From the NCBI GenBank assembly GCA_963931165.1, contig OZ006985.1, forward strand, positions 975,900 to 1,039,899: 64,000 bases of DNA, given 5' to 3'. Of the stretch, positions 29,345-36,633 are shown in pieces. The position numbers were made by a program, and so were the translations under genes. Below the pieces are notes generated by a model. The model did not search any database, had not been told where the DNA came from, and saw nothing but the letters and a program-made list of their open reading frames with translations. The DNA comes from an uncultured Christensenellaceae bacterium. Its GTDB lineage: Bacteria > Bacillota > Clostridia > Christensenellales > UBA3700. Every line of letters starts with the position of its first letter. Position 1 is the stretch's first letter.

Positions 29345-29371
29345 CCGCGCTCCGCAGGGGCGCGGTTTTTC
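29345..29371 (+). terminator. Rho-independent terminator after thrC
   Basis: GC-rich stem CCGCGCTCC/GGGGCGCGG followed by TTTTTC. Confidence 0.65.
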
Positions 29372-29392
29372 GTGCCAAAAGTTTCGATAGTG

Positions 29393-29421
29393 TTGCGACG
29401 GAGAGCAAATCGTGCTAAAAT
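29393..29421 (+). promoter_or_regulatory. Promoter of the sulfatase operon (TTGCGA-N17-TAAAAT with TG extension)
   Basis: Hexamers at 29393-29398 and 29416-29421, with TGC just upstream of the -10. Confidence 0.5.
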
Positions 29422-29449
29422 GTAGTCAGTACGAAGAGAGGAGAAAATT

Positions 29450-31495
29450 ATGAAAGACGACAAAATGCGCGACGACGCGCCGCGCTCGGGCAGAGCGCAA
29501 GCCGTCAAGGCGGCGATCGCCGACGACGTGACAGGCTTTGTCTTGCTGTGCGTAGACGCGGTGTTTTCGCTTGTGCTTCTCGCGAGCGGTTTCAACTTTT
29601 TGGCGCTTCCGGCGCTGGTGCTTGCGCTTGTCGACGCGCTCGCGATGTTCGTGCGCGCGCTCAAGGGGCGCGATATAGGCGTCTTTTTGTTTGCGGCGTT
29701 CTTTGCCGTCTATGCAAGCATATTTTTGTACTTTCTCATATGGGGCGCGGACAGCTTCGGCAGACGGCTGTGGTGGAACCTCGTGCTGTGCTTTTTCCCG
29801 GTCGCGCTGACCGCATCGATCCTTGTCGTAAAGAAGTTTTCGGCGGAACGCATTGCGAAATTTTTCGTGCCCGTGTTGATAATACTCGTGTTTGCGACAT
29901 CGCTCGTCTATGCGATGTTCATGAGTTTGCGCGCGCGTCCGACCGTCGAGAGGATGTGGGACGGGCATGACGCCTATCTCGATTCCGTCTCCGCCCGCCG
30001 CAAGGGCTCGCCCAACGTGCTCGTGATATTGATGGACGATATGGCGTATGCCGACATCTCGGCGTACAGCTACAAGTATGCCGAACAGCCGTCGACGATC
30101 GACACCCCCAACATCGATTCCATTGCCGAAAACGGCGTGATGATGGACAACTTCTACGCGGCGTCGCCTGTGTGTTCGCCGTCGCGGTTTTCCATGCTGA
30201 CGGGCAGATACTCGTCGCGCGGCTATCTCGACAACGTCGTCTTCCCGACCGTCGTTGACAGCGATCCGTGGTCGCCGACGCACTTTTTCGGTCCCTATCA
30301 ATTCTTGAACAACGTCGACGGCATCTTGGGAGATGAGATCACGTTTGCCGAGGTGTTGCAGGCGTCGGGTTACGACACCTATCTGATCGGCAAGTGGAAC
30401 CTCGGCGACTACGGCGAATATCTTCCGACAGAGCAGGGCTTCGACTACTTTTACGGCAGCTATTACGTCAACGATATGACCCCCTACAATTGGGTGCGCG
30501 ACACGGGAGAGGGCTATCCCGGCGGCGCGTCGCACGAAGAGGTGAGGACGCATGCCGAAAATCTCGATCAATCGATGTCGACGGGGATGTTCACCGACGA
30601 GTTGCTGTCCTCGATCGAGGGTTCGGTCAAAAGCGGCAACGCGTTTTGCACCGTCTACGCGACGCCGTGGCCGCACTATCCGATATTCTCGAACAACAAC
30701 GGCAACGGGCAGGGCGACACGTCCGACGACAGCTATATCGATTGCATCGAGGAGTTCGACCGCGAGCTGGGCAGGGTGCTCGACTATCTGCGCGCGACGC
30801 CCGACGAGGTCAACGACGGTACGCTGTATGACAACACGGTCGTCATCTTCACGTCGGACAACGGACCGGGGCGCGAGGGCGCGGCGGGCGCGCTGCGCGG
30901 GCGCAAGAATACGACTTTCGAAGGCGGGATGAAAGTGCCCCTTCTCGTCAGCTATCCGGCAGGCGGCATCGGCGGCAACGCCGAGTTGCAGAGCACGCTC
31001 GATGTCACCTATTCGGACGGCACGGAAAGACGGTTGACTACGACGCGCGTGCAGTCTTCGTCGATGATGTTCGACCTGTTCACGACGATCTTGTCGCTTT
31101 GCGGAGTGACGGACGGGGAGGGCGATGTCATGCTGCCGACCGACCGCGTGATCGACGGCGTCGACATGTCGGCGCTGTGGAGAGGCGAGCTCGATCCCGA
31201 CGCGCCGATGCACGAGGCGCTCTACTATCAAAAGAAGGGCAAGGTGCAGGCGGTGCAGCTGATAGGCGTGGAGCTGGACGGGCAGAGGTACGACTTCAAG
31301 TACTTCGACCGCGTTCAGTCCGAAAATTCCGCGTTCTTCGATCAATACTACAACAACTACCTGTTCAACCTCGACCTCGATCCGATCGAGGGCTACAACA
31401 TCTCGATGAAATATCCCGATATCGCGGCTCGGCTTGCCGACGCGCTCGACGCCTTCCGCGCCGAAATGCGAACAAATCGCAGAGGGATAAAGTAG
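29450..31495 (+). CDS. Membrane-anchored Cys-type sulfatase (about 5 N-terminal TM helices + formylglycine-dependent sulfatase domain)
   Basis: N-terminal 170 aa is hydrophobic. The sulfatase domain has VLVILMDDM and the FGly signature SPVCSPSRFSMLTGRY (C-x-P-x-R). Confidence 0.85.
   Translation: MKDDKMRDDAPRSGRAQAVKAAIADDVTGFVLLCVDAVFSLVLLASGFNFLALPALVLALVDALAMFVRALKGRDIGVFLFAAFFAVYASIFLYFLIWGADSFGRRLWWNLVLCFFPVALTASILVVKKFSAERIAKFFVPVLIILVFATSLVYAMFMSLRARPTVERMWDGHDAYLDSVSARRKGSPNVLVILMDDMAYADISAYSYKYAEQPSTIDTPNIDSIAENGVMMDNFYAASPVCSPSRFSMLTGRYSSRGYLDNVVFPTVVDSDPWSPTHFFGPYQFLNNVDGILGDEITFAEVLQASGYDTYLIGKWNLGDYGEYLPTEQGFDYFYGSYYVNDMTPYNWVRDTGEGYPGGASHEEVRTHAENLDQSMSTGMFTDELLSSIEGSVKSGNAFCTVYATPWPHYPIFSNNNGNGQGDTSDDSYIDCIEEFDRELGRVLDYLRATPDEVNDGTLYDNTVVIFTSDNGPGREGAAGALRGRKNTTFEGGMKVPLLVSYPAGGIGGNAELQSTLDVTYSDGTERRLTTTRVQSSSMMFDLFTTILSLCGVTDGEGDVMLPTDRVIDGVDMSALWRGELDPDAPMHEALYYQKKGKVQAVQLIGVELDGQRYDFKYFDRVQSENSAFFDQYYNNYLFNLDLDPIEGYNISMKYPDIAARLADALDAFRAEMRTNRRGIK
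29860..29876 (-). repeat. Copy D of the recurrent motif (ACACGGGCACGAAAAAT on the minus strand)
   Basis: Plus strand reads ATTTTTCGTGCCCGTGT inside the sulfatase TM region. This is an exact 17-mer match to the copy at 32602-32618. Confidence 0.6.
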
Positions 31496-31518
31496 TTCGG
31501 CGCGCAAGGAGACATGAT

Positions 31519-32595
31519 TTGAGAGCGGTTTCGGTGATGTTCAAACCTTCGTCGTCGCTGTGCAACATGCGATGCGAATATTGTTTTTACCACTCGCTGT
31601 CGGCTTTGCGCGAGCTGCCTTTTCGCGGCATGATGAGCGAGCGGACGCTGAGCGCCGCCCTCGGTAAGATCTTCGACTATGCGGACGGCGGACCCGTCTC
31701 GCTGTCGTTTCAGGGCGGAGAGCCGCTGTTGTCGGGCAAAGACTTCTTTCGCGCGGCGGCGCGGCTGATCGCCGAACTCAACGTCAAGCGTTCGCCGGTG
31801 TCCGTCGGAGTGCAGACCAATGGTACATTGATAGACGACGAGTGGTGCGACATATTCTCGGAGAACAAGTGGCTCGTCGGACTGTCGCTGGACGGCGATG
31901 AAAAGGCGAACGCCTACCGCGTGGACAGGGACGGCGCGCCGACTTTTGACAAAGCTTATGCGGCGGCAAAGCTGTTGCAGGAGCGCGGCGTCGACTTCAA
32001 TATATTGTGCGTGCTCACGCGTCCCGTCGCCGAAAATATCGAGCGAATTTATGATTTTTACAGGCGTAATCGCTTCCGCTTTCTGCAATTCATCCCCGTG
32101 CTCAAACCGCTCAAAGGCGGCGTAGAAGACGACGGCATGTATTTGACCGGCGAAATTTACGGCAAGTATTTGCGCAAGCTGTTCGACCTCTATATGCGCG
32201 ATATGATGAGGGGAGAATACACCTCGATCAGGCAGATGGACAACTTTGTCGCTCTCGCCAACTTCCGCCGCGCCGAACAGTGCGGTATGACGGGCGGTTG
32301 CGCGCGCCAATTTGTGATCGAGGGGGACGGCGCGGTCTACCCGTGCGACTTCTATTGTCTCGACGAGTATTGCCTCGGCAACATCAACGACTCTAGCCTC
32401 GATCGGCTCGCCGCTCACCCCGTCGCCGTGCGCTTTGTCGAGGAGTCGCGCAACTATCCCGACAAGTGCAAACGCTGCCGCTGGTTTTGCATGTGCATGG
32501 GCGGCTGCAAGCGAGAGCGTATCGATCTGGACAAGTGCGCCGCCTATGACGAATTCTTCGCCTACGCAGTGCCGCATATGCGCAGAATGAGCTGA
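31519..32595 (+). CDS. Anaerobic sulfatase-maturating enzyme (radical SAM, SPASM domain)
   Basis: TTG 31519 lies 6 nt after AAGGAGA; ATG 31537 is the alternative start. CNMRCEYCFY radical-SAM motif plus C-terminal Cys clusters (CxxxxxCxxxC, CKRCRWFCMCMGGC). Sits directly downstream of the sulfatase. Confidence 0.85.
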   Translation: MRAVSVMFKPSSSLCNMRCEYCFYHSLSALRELPFRGMMSERTLSAALGKIFDYADGGPVSLSFQGGEPLLSGKDFFRAAARLIAELNVKRSPVSVGVQTNGTLIDDEWCDIFSENKWLVGLSLDGDEKANAYRVDRDGAPTFDKAYAAAKLLQERGVDFNILCVLTRPVAENIERIYDFYRRNRFRFLQFIPVLKPLKGGVEDDGMYLTGEIYGKYLRKLFDLYMRDMMRGEYTSIRQMDNFVALANFRRAEQCGMTGGCARQFVIEGDGAVYPCDFYCLDEYCLGNINDSSLDRLAAHPVAVRFVEESRNYPDKCKRCRWFCMCMGGCKRERIDLDKCAAYDEFFAYAVPHMRRMS

Positions 32596-32601
32596 TAACG
32601 C

Positions 32602-32620
32602 ACACGGGCACGAAAAATCG
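32602..32620 (+). repeat. Copy B of the recurrent motif ACACGGGCACGAAAAATCG
   Basis: Begins 7 nt after the anSME stop codon and lies upstream of the bidirectional terminator. Confidence 0.6.
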
Positions 32621-32632
32621 TAAACAAAAAAA

Positions 32633-32656
32633 GAGGAACGGCAAAAGCCGTTCCTC
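32633..32656. terminator. Bidirectional terminator between anSME (+) and the flavodiiron gene (-)
   Basis: Perfect 10-bp stem GAGGAACGGC/GCCGTTCCTC with an AAAA loop, A-run upstream and T-rich downstream. Confidence 0.7.
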
Positions 32657-32672
32657 GTGCGTTTCAGGAGTT

Positions 32673-33878
32673 TCAGGCGATGCTTTGCGCGAGCATTGCG
32701 CCGAGTTCGAACGCCTTGGCGAGTTCCGCTTCGCTCGGGACGAAGCACGCTTTGAGTCCTTCGCCGACGACGTTGAGCTTGAGTGCGGTCAGGCGCGCGA
32801 CGAGCGCAGGCACCGCTTCGCCGCTCCAGCCGTAGGAGCCGAACACCGCGACCGGGCGCTTCTTGATGTTGATCGCGTCGATCGAGGCGATCAAATTCCA
32901 CACCGGCGGCACCGCGTCGGCGTTGAGCGTCGGCGAGCCGATCGCAAAGGCGTTGCTGCCGTTGAGTTCGGCGGCGAGCGTCGCGAGGTCGAAGTCGATG
33001 ATGTTGTAGGTCTTGCATTCCGCCGAAGGCAGCACGGAAAGCACGCCGTCGCGTATCTTTGCGGCGAGTGCGGCGGTGCAGCCGTACGCCGAGCAATAAA
33101 ACACCGGCACGCGCTTGACCGCGCTCTTGACGGGGGCGCTCCACTCGTGGTATTTTTGGATCGCATAGTCGAGTTGACCCGCCTTGGTCAGCACGGGGCC
33201 GTGGCTGTTGCAGACATACTTGATGTCGAGCGCGGAGATCTTTGCAAGTCCTGCGAGCACAAACGGCTTGAACGGACCGAAGATCGCGTCGTAGTAGTCC
33301 TTGAACGCGCTGCGATAGTCGTCGAGGTTGCGCACCTTGGCGTCGAACATCGGAGCGAACGAGTAGTGCGCGCCGAGGAAATCGCACGGGAAGAGGGTCT
33401 TCTCTTCGGGGCAATAGGTCATCATCGTGTCGGGCCAATGCAGCAGCGGCGCGACGATGAATTTGAGCGTGAGTCCGCCGAGGTCGAGCGTTTCGCCCTC
33501 CTTGACGACGCGCACGTTGAGGTCGGCGCGGTTGGTGATGTTTTTGAGATAGTTCGCCGCGACCGCGGTGCAGACGATCTGCGCGTTCGGGCACACGCCG
33601 AGCAGAGCGGCGAGTGCGCCCGAGTGGTCGGGCTCGGTGTGGTTGACGACGATGTAGTCAATGCTTGCGGGGTCGGCGACCTCGGCGATGTTCGCCTTGT
33701 ACTCGTCAAAGAATTCCGCATGGCTCGTCTCGACGAGAGCGGTCTTTGTCGCGCCCTTGACGAGGAAAGAGTTGTAACTTGTACCGAAACGAGTCGGCAT
33801 CACGATGTCGAAGATCTCGAGGTCGGGATTTTGAACTCCGACGCTGAACACGTTGTCTGTGATCTTGATGGCAGCCAT
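32673..33878 (-). CDS. Flavodiiron protein (FprA-type O2/NO reductase: metallo-beta-lactamase-like + flavodoxin domains)
   Basis: ATG 33878 behind GGAGGG. HTEPDHSG di-iron motif and a C-terminal flavodoxin-like domain. Confidence 0.9.
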   Translation of the reverse strand: MAAIKITDNVFSVGVQNPDLEIFDIVMPTRFGTSYNSFLVKGATKTALVETSHAEFFDEYKANIAEVADPASIDYIVVNHTEPDHSGALAALLGVCPNAQIVCTAVAANYLKNITNRADLNVRVVKEGETLDLGGLTLKFIVAPLLHWPDTMMTYCPEEKTLFPCDFLGAHYSFAPMFDAKVRNLDDYRSAFKDYYDAIFGPFKPFVLAGLAKISALDIKYVCNSHGPVLTKAGQLDYAIQKYHEWSAPVKSAVKRVPVFYCSAYGCTAALAAKIRDGVLSVLPSAECKTYNIIDFDLATLAAELNGSNAFAIGSPTLNADAVPPVWNLIASIDAINIKKRPVAVFGSYGWSGEAVPALVARLTALKLNVVGEGLKACFVPSEAELAKAFELGAMLAQSIA

Positions 33879-33905
33879 ATGTCCCTCCGAAAAGTTTTCG
33901 TCTAT

Positions 33906-33933
33906 ATTATAACACAAAAATGCCGCCGTGCAA
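33906..33933 (-). promoter_or_regulatory. Promoter of the flavodiiron gene (TTGCAC-N16-TGtTATAAT)
   Basis: On the minus strand: -35 at 33933-33928 and extended -10 ending at 33906. It partly overlaps the upstream terminator stem. Confidence 0.5.
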
Positions 33934-33950
33934 AACGTTTGCACGGCGGC
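33914..33950 (-). terminator. Rho-independent terminator of the small glycyl-radical-motif gene
   Basis: 13-bp stem GCCGCCGTGCAAA/TTTGCACGGCGGC followed on the minus strand by ATTTTTGT. Confidence 0.75.
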
Positions 33951-33962
33951 AATCCGATTGAA

Positions 33963-34229
33963 TCAAACTCCGTGCTTTACGCGGTCTCTCTCTTCGGCGC
34001 GCTTGGCGTCGTTGAAGCGGTCGAGGGTGCCGACGAGATAGCCGGTGATGCGGCGGATGCGCTCAAACGGCTGGGGCGAGAATTGGTACTTGAGGTCGAC
34101 AAAGTCGCCGTCCAAGGTCACATCCATCGCGATGATGCTCTTGCCGGGGTACTTCTTGCGGCCGTATGCGATATAGGCGTCGATCTCCTTTTGATCGATT
34201 GTCCCGTTTTGAACTGTTACGTCAATCAT
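33963..34229 (-). CDS. 88-aa stand-alone protein carrying an NrdD-type (class III ribonucleotide reductase) C-terminal glycyl-radical motif
   Basis: ATG 34229 lies 7 nt after GGAGG, and the gene has its own terminator. The C-terminus FERIRRITGYLVGTLDRFNDAKRAEERDRVKHGV parallels the NrdD end (RRTCGYLG...FNxGKxxE...RVKH as I recall it). Confidence 0.65.
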   Translation of the reverse strand: MIDVTVQNGTIDQKEIDAYIAYGRKKYPGKSIIAMDVTLDGDFVDLKYQFSPQPFERIRRITGYLVGTLDRFNDAKRAEERDRVKHGV

Positions 34230-34308
34230 GATGTTACCTCCCGAAAGCGCGTTCAAACGCTTTACTTATTTGCAAAACTAATATATCATATTATTGACGC
34301 AGGTATCT

Positions 34309-34322
34309 GTTGCAAATGCAAC
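34309..34322. promoter_or_regulatory. 14-bp palindrome GTTGC-N4-GCAAC (Crp/Fnr-type 5-4-5 architecture) in the divergent intergenic region
   Basis: Perfect inverted repeat, 16 nt upstream of the crp/fnr ATG. It is centred about 42 nt upstream of a predicted minus-strand start downstream of the TATATT -10 box at 34285-34280. Confidence 0.4.
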
Positions 34323-34337
34323 AAAACGGAGAAAAAA

Positions 34338-34991
34338 ATGGATTTTTCGCAAATCGAGTTGTTTGACGGCATAAGCGCGGCGTCGTGTACGGACATGCTG
34401 GTGTGTTTCGGCGCGGAGTTCGATTCGTTCCGCACCGGCGAGGTCGTGTGCGACTATTCGGACGACCCCAAGCGGCGCGTGGGGATCATGCGCACGGGCA
34501 GGGCGTCGATGATCCGCATAGACGAGAGCGGCAACGAGACGCTGCTCGAAGAGGTCGAGGAGGGCGATATATTCGGCGAGGTGCTGTGTTTCGGCGACGG
34601 CGGCGACTATGTCAAACTCATATGCGACGAAGACTGCGACGTTGTCTTTCTCAAATACGATCAGATCACCAAGCGGTGCGAAAAGGCGTGCGAGCACCAC
34701 AGCCGCCTCGTCGCCAATCTGTTCGAGCTGATGGCAAAAAAGACGCTGTCGCTCGGCGAGAGGATACAATTGCTGTCGAGGCGCACGACGCGAGAGAAGC
34801 TGATGTACTATTTCCGTCTCGAGAGCGCGCGCAGGGGCGGCGAGTTCACGCTGCCGATGTCGCACACGCGGCTCGCCGAGTATCTGTGCGTCGACCGCAG
34901 TGCGATGGTCAGGGAATTGAAGCGGCTGACGGACGACGGCTTGGTGCGCGTCGACGGCAAGAAGATAAGGTTGACGCAAGCGGAATTTTGA
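34338..34991 (+). CDS. Crp/Fnr family transcriptional regulator
   Basis: ATG 34338. cNMP-binding-like beta-roll (GDIFGE) and C-terminal HTH (HTRLAEYLCVDRSAMVRELKRL). Cys pairs CDEDC and CEKAC lie between the domains. Confidence 0.85.
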   Translation: MDFSQIELFDGISAASCTDMLVCFGAEFDSFRTGEVVCDYSDDPKRRVGIMRTGRASMIRIDESGNETLLEEVEEGDIFGEVLCFGDGGDYVKLICDEDCDVVFLKYDQITKRCEKACEHHSRLVANLFELMAKKTLSLGERIQLLSRRTTREKLMYYFRLESARRGGEFTLPMSHTRLAEYLCVDRSAMVRELKRLTDDGLVRVDGKKIRLTQAEF

Positions 34992-35012
34992 ATACATGTC
35001 GCCAAAACAATG

Positions 35013-35044
35013 CAAAAGGGAACGCCGATCGGCGTTCCCTTTTG
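35013..35044. terminator. Bidirectional terminator between crp/fnr (+) and the protease gene (-)
   Basis: 14-bp stem CAAAAGGGAACGCC/GGCGTTCCCTTTTG with a GATC loop. Confidence 0.75.
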
Positions 35045-35069
35045 CTTGGGAGAGAATTATGAAAAAGTA

Positions 35070-36377
35070 TTATAGATCGGTCAGCTCGGTGACTGCGAAC
35101 TCGGCGCTGTCTGCCGTGCCGCCGCGGGTATAGTTGATGCGGATGGTGTCGCCTTCGCGGGCTTTGAGCAAGAATTCGGTCGCGTTGAACACGCGTTCGA
35201 TCGTGCAGCTTTCGACGACTTCGCCGCCGCGGATGAGGTCGATCGAGGTCAGTATGTCGCCGGTTTGGAGCACGCCCTCGCAGACGCTGCCGGAGTTGAT
35301 GCCGGAGACGGCGACGGTCTCGACGGTGCGGATCTCGCCGCTTTCGGAGTCGTAGACGGTCGTGGTCTCGCCGTTGTTGCTCAGCGTCACGCCCAGCACG
35401 AATTTGGATCCGCCCGTCTCGATGACGTTGTCGGCGATGTTGACCGCGATGATCGCGGGGATCGCATAGCAGATGTTGTCGACGTCGGACTCGCTGCTCT
35501 TGGCGTTGGCGATGCCGATCAGCTCGCCGCGGGCGTTGAACACGCCGCCGCCCGAATTGCCGCTGTTGAGCGCGGTGTCGGTGCGGAACACGCGCACTCT
35601 CGACGTCTGCATGTTGCCGAGCACGTTGGTGTATATATATTCTGATTGAGTGGAGACAATGCCTTGCGTGACCGAAAATTGCATCTCTTCGGGGGTGCCG
35701 ACTGCGATGCAGATCTCGCCGAGCTGCGGGGTGCCGGTGTCGACCTTCGCCGCCTCGGTGAGGTCGCTGTCGGCGAACACTTCGCCCGTCGCTTCAAGGA
35801 TGGCGATGTCATAATCGGACGAGCCGCCGAGGAAGCGCGCCGCGATCGCGTCGTCTCCGGAATATCTGTTGTAGATATAGACGTGGATGTCCGAAGCGAT
35901 GCCGCGCGAATATTGGTCGTAGACGACGTGGTAGTTGGTGATGATGTAGGCGGTCTCGCCGTCGAGCTTGTAGATGACGCCCGAACCGAGCGAGGACGAG
36001 AAGCGCGAGCTTGCGGTGATCGCGACGCCCGACTTGATGACCTTGCCGGCGATGTTCTCGAAGCCCTGCGTGTACTCAAAGTCGAGATAGGCGTCGAGGA
36101 AGTCGTCCATTGTCGCTCCCGGATGGGTCTCGGCATATGCGTCGAACAGGTCTTGAACGGTGATCGTCGAATCTTCGCCGTCCGAGCCGTCTGCGCCGTC
36201 CGAACCGTCGCTGCCTTTGAGCGATTCCAGCCACTCCGCCTCTGTGCCTTCAAAGCCGTTGTCCACGGCGATCTGGTACGCCGATTTGCCGTCTTGTGCG
36301 CAGCCTGCGAAACAGACGAGGGTGAGAGCGCATACGAGCGTGAGTGTGATCGCGGCAAGCAATCTTTTGGATCTCAT
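35070..36377 (-). CDS. Lipoprotein trypsin-like serine protease (S1C/HtrA-like) with an N-terminal tail-fibre-like motif and a short (G-x-D)5 stretch
   Basis: Lipobox LVCFAGC. Catalytic His/Asp/Ser contexts NYHVV, DIAIL, GNSGGG. C-terminal PDZ-like region. N-terminal SAYQIAVDNGFEGTEAEWLESLKGSDGSDGADGSDGED. Confidence 0.8.
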   Translation of the reverse strand: MRSKRLLAAITLTLVCALTLVCFAGCAQDGKSAYQIAVDNGFEGTEAEWLESLKGSDGSDGADGSDGEDSTITVQDLFDAYAETHPGATMDDFLDAYLDFEYTQGFENIAGKVIKSGVAITASSRFSSSLGSGVIYKLDGETAYIITNYHVVYDQYSRGIASDIHVYIYNRYSGDDAIAARFLGGSSDYDIAILEATGEVFADSDLTEAAKVDTGTPQLGEICIAVGTPEEMQFSVTQGIVSTQSEYIYTNVLGNMQTSRVRVFRTDTALNSGNSGGGVFNARGELIGIANAKSSESDVDNICYAIPAIIAVNIADNVIETGGSKFVLGVTLSNNGETTTVYDSESGEIRTVETVAVSGINSGSVCEGVLQTGDILTSIDLIRGGEVVESCTIERVFNATEFLLKAREGDTIRINYTRGGTADSAEFAVTELTDL

Positions 36378-36526
36378 ACATTTCCTCCCGGCGACGGTGC
36401 TGTCCGTGCCTTACGGTGACATAATACTCCGTTCGAGTGAAAGTATAATGAAAACGCGCGAAAAACAAAAAATATTTTTCGGCGGAGGAGAGTAGAGCGC
36501 GGATTTTGCATTTTGAGGGCAAACGA

Positions 36527-36555
36527 TTGCATATTGAGAGAAGGTTTGATATAAT
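36527..36555 (+). promoter_or_regulatory. Promoter of the PEPCK gene (TTGCAT-N17-TATAAT)
   Basis: Hexamers at 36527-36532 and 36550-36555; leaves a ~75-nt 5' UTR. Confidence 0.55.
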
Positions 36556-36633
36556 ATTAACGATTTCGGCGAAATGCCGAACGCGCCACGCGCGCACAAT
36601 GATACGGAAATACAATTTTAAGGAGATCATAAC

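Noticed and set aside
29450-31495. Alternative call as an LtaS-type lipoteichoic acid synthase or phosphoethanolamine transferase (5 TM + sulfatase-fold domain).
   Set aside because: The catalytic motif is C-S-P-S-R (formylglycine type) rather than the Thr nucleophile context of LtaS/EptA. A dedicated anSME gene also follows immediately.
32685-34991. 768-aa plus-strand ORF spanning the flavodiiron gene region.
   Set aside because: Only the last 217 codons (from ATG 34338, with an SD) encode a recognisable protein, the Crp/Fnr regulator. The upstream part is antisense to fprA and the small glycyl-radical gene, and it crosses two terminators.
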